Below, piece after piece: positions 37,613 to 50,968 of a stretch of 64,000 bases of DNA (position 1 is the first letter of the stretch; each line of letters starts with the position of its first letter). The notes under the pieces were generated by a model. It worked only from the letters and a program-made list of their open reading frames with translations, was not told the origin of the DNA and ran no database searches. The DNA is from Chiloscyllium plagiosum (taxonomy: Eukaryota). A program made the position numbers and the translations under genes. The stretch lies in the NCBI RefSeq assembly GCF_004010195.1, contig NC_057751.1, forward strand, positions 6,893,934-6,957,933, read 5' to 3'.

Positions 37613-37723
37613 CTGTATTCTTTGAAACATCCCACTGCAAAAATCGCGTCACCACATTGACTGTTGTTCAGTGGATAACCTCACTGTGTTGATTGTAACG
37701 ATGCCAGCCAACGAGACCTCAGA

Positions 37724-37870
37724 ATCTGAAACAGAAACAGACATTGCTGAAAAAGCTTAGCTGGTGGGCCAGCCCTGAGTTCTAAGGGAGGATCAATGGA
37801 CCCGAAACATTAACTCTGATTTCTTTCCTCAAATGCTGCTCGACCTGCTGAGCTTATCAAGAGATTTCTG
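37724..37870. mobile_element. PLE pLTR-derived element (family C), partly palindromic
   Basis: aaacagacattgctgaaaaagcttagc versus gctgagcttatcaagagatttctg; central ggacccgaaacattaactctgatt. Confidence 0.65.
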
Positions 37871-37912
37871 ACATTGAAAGACTGCGTATGTGTAGCACTG
37901 TGCACACGATGT

Positions 37913-38234
37913 GGGCGGCACGGTGGCACAGTGGTTAGCACTGCTGCCTCACAGCACCAGAGACCCGGGTTCAATTCCCGCCTCCGGCGACTGACTGTGT
38001 GGAGTTTGCACGTTCTCCCCGTGTCTGCGTGCGTTTACTCCGGGTGCTCCGGTTTCCTCCCACAGTCCAAAGATGTGCAGGTCAGGTGAATTGGCTATGC
38101 TAAATTGCCCATAGTGTTAGGTAAGGGGTAAATGTAGGGGTATGGGTGGGTTGCGCTTTGGCAGGGCGGTGTGGACTTGTTGGGCCGAAGGGCCTGTTTC
38201 CACACTGTAAGTAATCTAATCTAATCTAATCTAA
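37913..38234 (+). mobile_element. HE1 SINE (V-SINE), full length
   Basis: tRNA head gggcggcacggtggcacagtggttagcactgctgcctcacagc with B-box gggttcaattccc; V domain tgtgtggagtttgcacgttctccccgtgtctgcg; CR1-like tail; (taatc)n end. Confidence 0.93.
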
Positions 38235-38431
38235 CACATCCCAGCCACTGAGGTACAATAAGGGTCATCACAGTTGTAACATAGGAAAAATAGCAGCCAG
38301 TTTCTGCGCAAAGAATAATGTGTTAATGCCAAAATAGTGTCAGAGGGTCATTAATCTGGAGTTCTCTCCCCTGGAGAGGGGTGCAGACTGGATGTTTGAA
38401 ATTATTTTAAAAAATTAATATCAATAAATTC

Positions 38432-38571
38432 AGTTCTGAGGAAGGGTCACTGAACCTGAAACATTAACTCTGATTTCACTTCGCAGACGCTGCCAGACCT
38501 GCTGAGCTTTGCCAGCCATTTTCATGTCCGTATCTGATTTCCAGCATCCACAGCTCTTCCAATTTTTATTT
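38432..38571 (+). mobile_element. PLE pLTR-derived element (family C) with decayed hammerhead motif
   Basis: agtt-ctgagga-a-gggtc-actg-aacct-gaaac-att-aact...gctgccagacctgctgagctt...ttccagcatccacag. Confidence 0.75.
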
Positions 38572-40932
38572 CACAGAATCTGAATTTCCTCATTGGGGCA
38601 GTTGCTTTGTCAGCCCCAGCTGACATTTAAAATGGGTGACTGTCAGAGATATGTCACTCTGTTGCCTGACTCTGAATGAGGCAGTACTAAAGTCAATGAC
38701 CGTTCATGTGTCAAGACTTTTCAATCTTTCAGTCAGATCATGTATGACCTGTATCTTAACTCTATCTTGGTCTTCTAATTCTTACCATGTAAACGAACAA
38801 TACAGAAGAAGACTGTCAACCCATCTTGCTATTTACCTGGCAGAGCTATCTAGTTAATCTCTCTGTCTTTTCACATCACTCTGTATTTTCTTCCTATCAA
38901 CCAATTGCTTAACTCCCCTTTGAATGCAGTCATTGAATCTGTTTCCACCCCTCTTTCCAACAAAGCGTTCTTGATTGTAACCATTCAACGTCTAAAATTG
39001 GTTTCACAGTTTTGCCTCTGATTCATTTAAAAGAGCATCTGAAATTTATATCTTCTTGTTACCAATCCAATATCCATTCAGAATAGTATTATCTTATTTA
39101 CTCTCCTCAGAATGATCCATTATAATGATCCATCCCAAATCCACTGTTAATCTCTGTTTTGAGAACAACCTGGGATTCATAAATCTCTCTACAATACTAA
39201 AGACATTCACCTGCAGTACCATATCAGTCAATTTTCTCTGGACCCCATCCTAGATGTTGATGTCCTTCCTGAAATGAAGGACTTAGAATTGAACACAGTC
39301 CTGCAGCTGAGATCCAACTAGGGTGTTCAGCACAACTCCCTTAGCTTTGAATTCTATTCTGCTGGCTCATAGGTCTGATGATCCCAAAAGGATTTGTTTT
39401 GGAATATTCAATTGCCTGATGGTCAACAGCTTTTAGCAGAGAAGAGAGTTTGAGGTGACCACTGCTTTTTGTCTGAAGAGATACTTCCTTCTGGTGACCA
39501 TCGATGGAAAATAATCATGAATGAGAATGTGGACTTCGCTTCCTTGGATGAAAAATGCTCAGGTTGTCCACAGTATCCCTTGCTGCTTCAGAGACCTCTC
39601 CATATTCTGGGATTGAGGATCAGGCTTTGCTGATTTCAGCAGCTCAATAATACAAGCTTTACCGAGTGACCAACTCTGCATGCCTGAGTGATGAGATGAA
39701 AATAAGGCTCACCGTTGTATGAGTCGCTTCCTACAATCTCTTTGAACAAAAATTGAAAGATCTTGGATCTAATTCACTAAAGTACTGACACGACTTTCAA
39801 TTCAGGCAAAATTTTTGTCTCATTTATTTAATTTTCACGATTGCTAGGCAACACCATGTCTTAGCATGAATTTAAATGTCCTTAATATCTCAGAAAAGAA
39901 ACTTAATCGAGAAGAAGCTACAAATGACATGCTTTGAAAAATGAGCATTTCTCCAGCTTGAACACCTAATTGATTTTTTTTAAAAATCTAATTTTAGCAA
40001 CATGATGATTCAGAGGTTATCAGATGGATTATTAAAATTTCACATTATTGAAGCAAAGTCCCAGCTCCTAACTTGTCTGATAAACACACCCACCCACTCC
40101 ACCTGGCACAGTGCCAGTTTCAGGTGAGTTATGGTGATAGTGTTGCTTTTGCACTTCACCACAGAAAGAAAATTTTTTTTTGGGTTGTGACCATCTCTGA
40201 CAAGGCTGTGCTTTTTTCACCTTTCTCCACTGACCACTGGTTCACAGTTTGGTAAAACCGAGTGGCTTGTCAGTCCATATCAGAGGGCAGTAAATGGCCA
40301 CCTCTGTTGATGTTGACTGCTAGTTTGAGGATAGGCAAAAATGAGGACTGCAGAGGATGACTAAATACTGTAAATTGTCTGTATTACTTTTCCCTTACTT
40401 GGTCTGGCCTACGTTATTAATCCAAACCTACAGCAATGACCCAGCATGATTTCCAGCTCAAGGGGCATTAAGGATTGGCAACAAATATTGGCCAAATGTG
40501 ATGACCATATCCCATGTCAGAATTATTAGAAAAGATATTGTCCAAAACCAGGTAAAGATAGCCTATTTCTGTTTCTGAAGGACATGAAAAATGTGTACCT
40601 TATGAAAGGTGCTTTTAACAACAGGGTTGAAACACATCAGCTTCATCTGACTTCACTCATTCTTAGTTTCCACTCTTTCCATTCATCAAGTCACATTATT
40701 GACTTTATTTTATTCTGCGCTCATTATTTCCTTGTGGTTTTACTTCCAGAAAATCTAAAGGTGCATTATCAGGAAATATAAAATTCTCATCCATGTTTTC
40801 AGATTTCTCTACGAACTCCGCCCCACCTTATTGCTATCTATAATGTCCCTTTAGAGGTCTTTACAATGCTGTTCTAATTCTGACCTCTTGACCAACCGTT
40901 CTTGACTTGCTTCATCGTTGGTGGCCATAGCG

Positions 40933-41056
40933 TCACCTGATGAAGGTGCAACACTCCAAAAGCTTGTGATTTCAAATAAACCTGTTGGACAATAACCTGT
41001 TGTTATGTAACTTCTGACCTTGTCCACCCGAATCGAACATTGGCATCTCCACCTCA
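40933..41056 (+). mobile_element. PLE pLTR-derived element (family B), decayed
   Basis: tcacctgatgaaggtgcaacactccaaaagcttgtgatttcaaataaacctgttggac...ggcatctccacctca. Confidence 0.78.
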
Positions 41057-42769
41057 AACCTTCAGCTGTTTAGGCCCTGAGCTTTGGACTTCCAGTGTTC
41101 AATTCCTCCACCTCTTTGTCTCCTGTCTCTTCTATTTGGATGCACCTAAGGTCCCACTTTTGTTTTTGCTCAGCTGTCTCAAGATCACTTTTAATATGGC
41201 TAGTTAGAATGCTTCATGAGAAACTTTACAGTATTACAGGTTTTATACAAAGGTAGGTATATCGTGTTGATGGTGGAGTTGTAAGTGTGTCACATACATC
41301 AATTGCTTTGCTTCTGAGGTGGATTTGCTTCTCAAGGTAGTTAGCTTTATTGCAACTTGGCATACTTGCATGTCAAGTCAAGATCAGTGGCTCGAGGTGA
41401 GGCAGGTTAACCTGTTAATCATGAAGTTCCCAGCTGCAGGTCAGATGAAAACAACTTGTAAGTCTGCCGCTATGTGTGTTGAATGTCTATTATGGACAGG
41501 GTGTAAAAAGTTTTATTTTCCCCATGATACAATGAAATCAAATAAAGAATTAGAGATGACCAATATAATGCGTTTAGCATCAATGCATTTGTGTGAGCTG
41601 CTCAAATTAAATAAAGGAAGGCAGCTTAATTTTCTTTTGAACTAACAATCACACAGGATGATGACTTCTGTCACACATTCAGTTGACTGATTACACAGGA
41701 AACAAGTCAATGAGTTGAATCTGCAAAACCTCTCGGGGTTGGCCTGAGGCTTACAGAATATATTAACAAGGCTGTGGTGTTCCCAGCATGAATGTGAAAT
41801 GGGAGAATGCTGAGCAGCTGGTCTGCACAGTTTGGAGACTTCAAGATTTTGAACTTTGCCACACAAGCAAGATGATGAAAGGAAGGTGGACAGTGTGAAT
41901 TATAGATTAAGGGATGCAGTAAAGTAATAGAGTGTTACTCTGAAGCTCACTCAGAAACTTCAGCAACATTGATAACAGTAGTTAGTCAGTGTAGAATATA
42001 AGTGCTTGTTCGTTTTTAATGGCAGAAATAGGTTACTGGTGTAGACTGACAGAAAATTATTTGAGTAATCCAAATACAATGGCTACCCTGCCTTTTCTTG
42101 CAAATTGCTTTGAAAGCATAATTCACTGCTGGCAAATTTACAACCACCAACTCACTTTCTTCAATTTTTAACATAATGTATATTTCCCATTAATTAGCAT
42201 AACCTTTCATAGGGCAAAAAAATTCTCAGCACATCCCAAAGGGCAAATGTTCCCTGTCACTTCAAAGTGCATTTAAACTTACTTTAAATGGGTTTGAACA
42301 TTAATCAAACAACAGAGAGGAACTTAATCCAAATGCAGATACATTTGTACTTCACATCCACACTCCTTGAAGTGACCCCATCTGGCTCGCTTCTAATCCG
42401 TCAGCAAATTTGACAAGTGATCAGAAAGAGGTGTAGCTAGCTGATTCATTTCTACACCGGTAAGGGTGAGGTCTTGTATTTTGGTGAGAAAAATAAGGAA
42501 ATTGTTTATTTTGAGGAAAAAAGGGGTGAAACTTCATAGGGCTCTCTGCCACATGGGCTTACGGTGACATTGGTGATGAAGTCAGAGGAGAAGTTAATCA
42601 AAACTCATCTTGATGTCTTCTGTGGTTTTGACAAGTGGTACATTGAGTTCCTCACGAGGCAGCAGCAACTTCCCAATTAAGGGGGATTATAGCTTGCTGA
42701 ACACCTTGTTAACAGCAAGGCTTGCTTCATTAATATTCAGATTTCTATTTTACTAAAGCTGCCAAGCAA

Positions 42770-42898
42770 GAAAATAAAGAACTGCGGATGCTGGATACCT
42801 GAAACAAACAGAATCCAAAATTGCTGGAGAAACTCGGCAGCATCTGTGGAGAGAAAACAGGATGAACGTTTCAACTTCTGTGACCCTTCTTCGGAACT
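42770..42898 (-). mobile_element. PLE pLTR-derived element (family C)
   Basis: aaagaactgcggatgctgga..aaattgctggagaaactc..gcagcatctgtggagagaaaacag..aacgtttc..gtgacccttcttcggaact. Confidence 0.72.
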
Positions 42899-44011
42899 TC
42901 AAAGAAGTTGTTGTTGAATGGTGTCTGCCTTCCACATGTCATGTTACTCTTGTTCTAGGTGATGCAGCAAGCTCTCAACACAGACTTACATCCATGTACA
43001 TCATGTGAAACCATGAACTTATGCCTGATGTTGGAACAATGGAATTCAGGGCTGCACAGTGTGACAAACAAGTTGAAAGTAGTGTCTCTGACATAAAAGC
43101 AAAGGCGCAAAATGACATACAGTAGTTTGTCACCAAAGTGCCCTTAATATATTTCCACTTCCCCTCCCTCCCACTACGTCTTCCTCTCCTCCCACTTGCT
43201 GGTTCCTCAGCTGGGATGGAGTGAGCCGGAGGTTTAATTGGGCAACCCTGGGGGTGTTTGTGTTTGAATGGGCCAAACATGCCAAGGATCTTCTTGCCAC
43301 GTACCCATTGACTCTCTTCGGCCTGAACTGCCAAAGATCAAAGTGGGGCAGGCAGGGGGTAAGGGAGGTCTTGGCCATCTCTCCTGAGTGTCCTGAATGG
43401 AGAGTTCTGAGGCCGCTGTGTTTGATTTCTCCTGCTCATGACTGCGCTGTCTCCTTGTTTCTGCCCTGTGTGTGTAAGGGGCATCTGGAGTTTATGCCAG
43501 GTTCCCCATCCTTTGGCCCTGAAGACCGCTGGCTGGGGTGATGGAGTGCGTATGTGTGCAACTCTGTGGCAGATCCTGAGAGAGTGTTGAACCGGGCTGT
43601 CCACGGCAGCCAGCACACTGTCCATGGGGGCAATGGGTTGTCTCATGATTTGCGACATAACCTTTGGATAATAAAGGCCACTACTTTCTACATACCCTTC
43701 TGATGTTTCTGTTCTTCTCTGTGCCTGTGGATAAAGTACCTGACTGCTGACACCACAGACTCCTGACCTGCCTGGGGCTGAGTAAGCAGATGCCTGATTT
43801 CTGGTCGTTGTCTTGAGTACTTGTGACCCAGGACGCTTCTTCGTTGGCCAGCTGCAGAGGTGTTGCAGTGCTGTGCTCGTCCAGGTTGTGGACTTGCATT
43901 GTTTAAGCTTCACGTTCCCTCTGCGGGTAGCCCAGCTTCTTGTATTTCAGCGGGTCTTTCTGAGAATTTCATATGGTAAGGTTGGGCTGGAGTCGGACAG
44001 GGACGGATCAT

Positions 44012-44169
44012 CAGATCATTTGGCCGTAAGAATTAGGCCATTTAGCCAATTGAGTCTGCTCCATCTTTTGACCATGGCTGATATGTTTCTCAACTCCATT
44101 CTCCTCCCTTCTCCCTGTAACCCTTATCGTTTTAGCAATCAATAACCTATCTATCTCCGTCTTAAATAC
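44012..44169 (-). mobile_element. CR1 LINE 3' tail
   Basis: aattaggccatttagccaattgagtctgctcca..catggctgatatgtttctcaactccattctcc..aacctatctatctccgtcttaaatac. Confidence 0.78.
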
Positions 44170-44869
44170 GATGTGATGGGTGAGGTAATTAATGAGGTAA
44201 GTTTGATATGATTTGGCAAGGAAACCCCCTTTGCCTTGCAGCAGGAATCTCTACAAAACAAAAAATTGACCACTCTGACTTAGGCAAAGAAAACCCATGA
44301 TCCAGTCCTAAGAATCTAAATTAGTGATGGTGAAGATATCTGTGAGGATAGTATGCAAATTATGAAAGGAGTGCTACAGATTCATTCAAAAGCAAACTGA
44401 GCATCAATGTTCAGAAGTGTTGAATTAAAATGCAGAAAAGTTATCTGAAAAACTTGTTGGATTTTGGTTCAGCAAATTCTGGAATACTGTGTGCAGTTCC
44501 AGCCAATGCTGTTGAAAGTAGTACCTGAAAGGGTTTCATGGAGAAACTAACCAGTTTCTAACTGCCAAACTATCAATTTCTATGTTGTGCGTTGAATGTT
44601 TAGTTCTGTTGACAGTAAGGAACAGGAATTCTGAAGTTTCAACTGAGACCTCACTCGAGTCTCTCAACTGAGACCTCACTAACTATTTCATACTATGTTG
44701 CACACATTCTGTTCAACAAGACTGAACTATTCTGAGCCATTAACTTCTTCTGGGCATCCTCTACTTGGTATCAGTAAGTGCAGCCGAGATCAATAAGAAG
44801 GATTGGTTGTAATTGATCTACCACCAGACCGGATCACAACATTTACCATTCACTGAGCCATTCATCTAC

Positions 44870-46022
44870 GGCTCAGCTGGTAGTGGCTTTGCCTGTAAAT
44901 CTCAACGTTCTGGGTTCCAGTCCTTTTGTAGATCTTCAGCTCAAAAGTTAAGGTTGACACTCCAGTGCAGGATTCAAGGAGCATTGTCTTGTCTGAGGTG
45001 CTGGTTTTCACATCAGGTTAAAACTGAGACTCCTTCTGCTCACTTTGAGTAACAGTGGGGCAGCTATCCATGGAGTCTCAATTGGTATTTATCTCTTAAT
45101 CAATGTTGCTAATAAAACACACTGTTATGACAGGGGGTAAACCCCTCTTCTAATGTAAACCAGCAGCACAGAAAATATTCAACCTGCACTGTAATCTGTT
45201 AAAATCTGAGAGGCAAAGAACTACCCCAAAAGTCGCTATTTAAAATAAAAATTAATAACGTTTTTAAGTCTAACAGAGAATAAGTAACTAACAATTATTT
45301 ACAACTCCTTCCTTGAAACCTATCTTTTACCTTCCACTCTACAATACTGGTCCGATTTTTAAAAAAAAGTATCCCGATTATGATTCACAAAGAAAAACAA
45401 TCAAGTTTCAAAACCAGTCAGCTTAGCCGAGGGTCCTCTGAAGATTTTTCTGTTTTTTTTTCTTCTTCTTAGGGATTCTGCTTCACAGGTCTTTGACAGA
45501 TAAAGGTACCTTTAGAAGAGCAGTTCTGCAGACAATCTGTTTTGTTCTGTTTTTATTGATGCTCTTTGCCGCTCTGGGTAACTGTTCAAAATGTTGGATA
45601 TTTATACCCCAAAGCAGCAGTTCGTTTAATTGGTTTTAACATTGTCACAATACTAAATTCAAACTTGATTGGAGTTTGATATCTTGGGGCATAATTTAAA
45701 CAGATTGGCTGAGTTTGAATATGTTTTTGTATCCAGGCAGCACGCCTCTTAGCTAGTTGTTTGACCAAATGTTACATCGTTACCTTGTTCAGAACACTGT
45801 GCTAGCCAGAAATTTCAACTCCTTAAAGGTACAGTACACCCACATTTTCAAAACAACAGCTTAACTGTATTGCTGTTTAGGAGGGTTTGCAGTGTGCATT
45901 TCAGCTGTTGCACATGAGAACGGTGACTAAACTTGAAAAATATGTATTATAATTGAGAAGTTTGCTAATTTCAGACTCCTAGTGGTCAACTGAAGTGCTA
46001 TGTAAATGCAAATCTTCCTTTT
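44870..46022 (+). mobile_element. Deu-domain tRNA SINE (SacSINE1-like) split by a solo LTR
   Basis: Head gctcagctggtag..tgggttccagtcc; Deu-like ttgacactccagtgcag..tatttatctcttaatcaa up to 45122; resumes at 45856 with tattgctgtttaggag..gtgctatgtaaatgcaaatctt. Confidence 0.62.
45123..45855 (-). mobile_element. Solo LTR (733 bp)
   Basis: Termini TGTTATGA...TCAAAACA (imperfect inverted repeat, TG..CA), flanks acac/acag; cleanly interrupts the SINE. Minus strand has three CCAAT boxes, then TATAAA (45601-45606), then AATAAA (~45552). Confidence 0.65.
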
Positions 46023-46039
46023 CACATAATGGAAAGAAT

Positions 46040-46400
46040 ATCGAGCTCGTCAAGAGGTTGCAGAAAGAATTGGCAAAGGTGATAGCAGATGTGCAGCATG
46101 ATACGTATCAGGAAAGTATTGAACAGCGAGGATTTTTTTTTGTTTTCAAATTCAGAAGCAGGAACCTTCCTAAATAGAACCGTGGTGAAAATGTGGAGCA
46201 GGTGAACAGAAGAAATAGATGAAATGAATAACATGGATCATTCAAGGGAATTCTAGATATTCAGTTAAAGCAGAAAGTGACAGAGGATTATACTGATAAA
46301 GTTACTTGTGTAATGAGGAAGGCTAAGAGGAGGCTATGGTGGAGCAAATATGTTGGCATGGATTGGATGGATCAAATGGCCTTTTTCTGTGCTGTAGCTC
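46040..46400 (+). mobile_element. Old CR1 LINE 3' region
   Basis: gaggttgcagaaagaatt..gtggtgaaaatgtgga..ttcaaggg..ctagat..gatggatcaaatggcctttttctgtgctgta. Confidence 0.55.
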
Positions 46401-46997
46401 TGTCAACCTTGCAAAATTATTTTTAAGAAAGAAATCTTTGTTGTTTGAATTTCTCACCTGGTCTCTCTGCATGGAAATGCCACAATCTGAGCTGCCAACA
46501 GACAACATTGGGCCCTTTGGCAGTGGGGACTCTGAGAATTGCTTCCAAACTGTATATTTCATTGGATTTGTGCTATTTTACTCAGAGTCAACATTTCAGC
46601 ATTGCATGATCCATCATTTACTTGTCTTGCCACATTTTTGAAGTGCAGGTTATTAATGAGCTCTTTATCCTGGAGCTCACTCATTTCAGAAGATTACAAG
46701 ATGGACATGCATGAGAAAATACCGTTAGCTATTCTGCCTCATCCATTTGGAAACAGGCTGCAGTTCATCCATCATGGCACCTGCTACTTGTTAAAATATT
46801 TTAGGATTTTCTTTGATCACCTTAAATGCTGCTTAAACTTGTCTCTGTTTTCTTCCCGAGTCAATTTGTCGAGTTTTGCTTAGGTCATGCTGCTCAAATA
46901 AAATTGAGAGCCAAAGTCAAAACTATTAAAAAAAAGCTCATCATCATATCTTAATTGTGCCAACAATCCACGTGCATCCGATTATGAAATCCATGAC

Positions 46998-47312
46998 TTA
47001 GATTAGATTACTTACGGTGTGAAAACAGGCCCTTCGGCCCAATAAGTCCACACTGACCCGCCGAAGAGCAACCCACCCAGACCCATTCCCTTACATTTAC
47101 ACCTTCACCTAACACTACGGGCAATTTAGCATGGCCAATTCACCTAACCGGCACATCTTTGGATTGTGGGAGGAAACCGGAGCACCCGGAGGAAACCCAT
47201 GCAGACATGGGGAGAACGTGCAAACTCCACACAGTCGCCTGAGGTGGGAATTGAACTCGGGTCTCTGGCGCTGTGAGGCAGCAGTGCTAACCACTGAGCT
47301 ACCGTCCCGCCC
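46998..47312 (-). mobile_element. HE1 SINE (V-SINE), full length
   Basis: Reverse complement of the 37913 copy: ttagattagattactta..aacaggcccttcggccc..ggagaacgtgcaaactccacacagtc..gcagtgctaaccactgagctaccgtcccgccc. Confidence 0.93.
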
Positions 47313-48799
47313 AACTTCAACAAAAAGGTTTCTCAATGAGATGCAATGACCAGGAGTGCACACCTTGTAGCCTCTGGAGTCCAGTGCCAAATGGAGTCAG
47401 AGTAAATCATCACTCATGACTTTCACATCCACTGAATTCCATCAACATGGAAGTGGGAGAAAGATGAGAAAAGGGAATGCTGACTCATTCATGCCCAGCA
47501 TAAAGTATGGTCCACAGTCAAAATTAACCATTTGGTGCAAACATTTTTCACTCGTATTCGAATACTTCTCTGTTGAAAATGGTCCAAAATTTGGCTTTTC
47601 CCAAGCCAGAAGCAAAGGTTTTTTTTCCCTCATTGACACGGTTTAATTCAGGGCATCTCAAACTGTGGACCATGACCATGGTGGAATCAGCAGCCAAGAT
47701 TTTGGAGTCATTCGCTTTGATACACAATGGCTGCCCTGTGGAGCTCCAATCAAGTTCCAAAAACTACACGGACCCCTTTCACTCGGGCCATTTATCAAAT
47801 ATGGGTGACATGGCCTAACTGCCCAATCTTGTTGGCCTGAATGCTGTCCTCAAATTCCAGGTGGGTGCTTTTAACTCAAAATCCCTATGGATGAAATAAC
47901 TTTACCTCTTGCTGCCCTCACAGCCTTCTCCCCCTCCCTCACCTGTCTGGGGTCTCGTTAACTCTCAAACAGCATGTGGACGTGATGGGAAAAGGTTTGG
48001 GAAGCACTGATTTAATTGGAGTAGCAGTTCATAGAAACCCTTTATTATCTGATGGTGTAGTGCCCTCTCATTTCATTGCTTACTCCTCAGCAGAATCAAG
48101 TTATAAGTATAAAACATTTTCTGGACTGTAGTAGTCACAGCTGCAATGACAAACTAAGCAGCCATTGAAAGAAATTGCATCACTATTGGGTCTAAACTAC
48201 CCAACAGGCAAATCATCATTCAAAATAATCTTTCAGGATATCTTTCAGATGCTACCTAGAATCAAGCTAAAGTGACAATATTTTCTATGTGGGTCTTATT
48301 ATTGGTTCCAGAGAAACTTGCAGTGGGTGCAAGGTTTAATCCCCAGCTGTAGGTGGATTGGCTTTGGATGGTTGAAGACAAAAAGTTTAATTTTTAGAGT
48401 AGTGCTGCAACTTGGCTCCAACATGCCCAGTTCTGGGTTAATGGAGATGAATTTGGGTACCAACCTACATATTACAGTCAGATACTTGGAGGCACAAGTT
48501 GTGACGAGGTGTTTTGAAGTCGTTCCACGTTGATATTTTTACTCCAGCAGCATGTCTTGGGAAACTGGCCAGGGAAATGAAAGTGACTCTGAGCAGCATG
48601 TCAGGTCGGTACTTAAACTTGTCAGTGCCCCTTCTGAATAAGACCTCCGTTGTTGCAGCTGCTGCCTCACTTCCCTTGGTAAATGTTTGGCAGAAGATGC
48701 CTGCACAGCTGGCGTTTTGATTTCCACCTTTGAGGATTGCACATTGACATGCTGAGGTCAAGAGGTACCTTGGTTGTGTTTGACAACACAATAGAAGTG

Positions 48800-49350
48800 A
48801 AAGGTATTTGTCATTCAAGACAGTGACAAAGTTCACAACCTGAGGGCATCCCAAAGTGCTTTACCGCCAATATAATACTTTCCAAAGTGCAGACATTGTT
48901 TTAACGTTGGGTGTGTGTTAGGAGTGCGAACAATATTAGGAGCCACCAGGAACTCGAAACTGAACGAAAGGCTAACACAAACATTTAATACTTGTGCCTG
49001 TCAAGTATGTTTCTGAGTATGGTTAAGCCAGACTTTGCTTGTGCCTTCATCTGTCAGGTTTTTGTCCCATAGTTTCTGACACACATGCTGTGTAGAAGTC
49101 TCAGAGTAACAGTTTGTTAACCCTTTATGCTATAATGCGATCATCAATTTACAAATGGCAGGCTCCCAAGACAGCAATGACTAAATAGTCTGTTCCTCAT
49201 TGATGATTGCTGATTAAATATTGGCCAGGACAACCAGAGAAAAAGTACTCTGCTCTTTTTCGAGCCATACTTGTTTAAATCCACCTCTTGTGAGAAATGG
49301 TTTCTCCAACCTTGCAGTGTCCCCTCATACTGAAGTATCAAACTGTACTC
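48800..49350 (-). mobile_element. Deu-domain SINE with a ~220-bp unrelated insert (about 48912-49135)
   Basis: cacaacctgagggcatcccaaagtgctttac..[insert]..gctcccaagacagcaatga..taaatattggccaggaca..tgcagtgtcccctcatactg. Confidence 0.55.
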
Positions 49351-50968
49351 TGTTCTCAAATCTCTGGGCTACACGTGTTCCGCAATTCAATTAACTCCTG
49401 GCTGATCTGCATATCAACTCATATCCCTAAATTTATTAGACTAATAAAAATGAACCAGTCTCAGCCTTGAAAATTTCAATTAACCCAGCATCTACAGCAT
49501 TTTGAAGATCTGAGTTCCAGCTGCATGAGCCTTTGCATGAAGAACAATTTCCTGATGATGTTTCCAAATTGCTTTGTTCTAATTTTAAAGTAATGCCTTC
49601 TTATTCTGCCTTTACACCATCAGGAGAAATAGGTTGTTCATCCATTGAATGCAATCTGTTAATCATTTAAAGTGCCTTGATTAGATTGTCCCTGCACCTC
49701 CTCATTGGCAGGAATCTTCTTTCCAAGCTATGTGATGCAGGGCTGTGCCAGCAGAGTTGGTCTTGTGGCAATGGACAATACAAGACCTTATCTTGAGTGG
49801 TTTCCCCTGTCGATCCACTTATGGCATTTATGAACGTATGAATTAGGAGCAGAAATAGATCCTTCAAGCCTGCTCCACCATTCACTGAGATCATGGCTGA
49901 TCTGTTTGCATTTTGAACTTAATCAAACATCCGCAGTTTAGTGTTTTGTCTGAAATGCTTCAATTGATAGATCAGCAGGATTCAGTTGCATTTTATTATG
50001 GCCATGAACTGGCCTCATCAGTTTGGCCTAGTTTGTGGCAGCAACACTTCAGAGTGAACACGAGGTCATCAATAATGTTGAATTAGATGGGCACAGAGGG
50101 AATAAATTGGAGGACACCACTATCGGATATCATTTGGATCGACCGCTTTCAAGTTTTATGTATTGCACACTGCCAGAAACAAATTGTCAAAACATAACGA
50201 AAGAGATGAAGCAGAATGTGTTTGCCACTGAGCACTTGCTCCCACTCACAACACAACAAACATTTTGAGATTACAAATGGACCTTGCCATCTAAGAAAAT
50301 GTTTGGAAACTGATTATTGTGTGGGTTGGGAGGAGAACTGTATCAGGTTCACAAATAACTTCTGCAGCGATGCGTTTTGACATGTTTGCTTTTACTGTGC
50401 TGTGCAGTTCACCAACCATTCCTCCAATACTTGACTCACTGCCTTCCCAGCTGAATCTCCCGTAGCCTTCATTTCATTCGCATTCTGTTACCTCAATCTT
50501 TTCTCAAGGAATGTTTTGTTCACTTTTGATATTGTTGTGTCAACTTCCACTGGGCTCCCTGGCCTCTAATGTTATGGTTTCCGAGTTCTTATTCTCGCTC
50601 AAAAACCATAACATGGCATTTTGTTGTTGCATTTTGACAGTTTCCATCCATAGCTCTGCAAATTAGTTTCTGGCCCAACTTCAAACAGTGACCTGGATCT
50701 TCTCGATAGGATAGCAACGCCTTACCTCTCCACATGTAGTATCTGAACGATCTTCTTAGACACCTGGCAGGGATGTGCCTGTGAAGAGGACAGCTGTCGT
50801 ATCTGCACTGATGACACCCAGTTTTCCTGCAACTTGGGAATGTTAACAAGATTACCAGGTCACTTATGAGATGTCACAGAGTCCTGGATGACCCTCAAGC
50901 TATCCACAACTCTGTGTCACCAAAGTCAAGTTGCTCCATCTCTGACTTGTGTCATTGGTGGCCTTGTT

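Noticed and set aside
37913..37985. tRNA gene
   Set aside because: tRNA-derived head continuing into the HE1 V domain and tail; the same applies at 47240-47312 and 63909.
50770..50910. TDDTQF resembling the L2 YADDTQL motif
   Set aside because: Single short degenerate motif; boundaries undefined.
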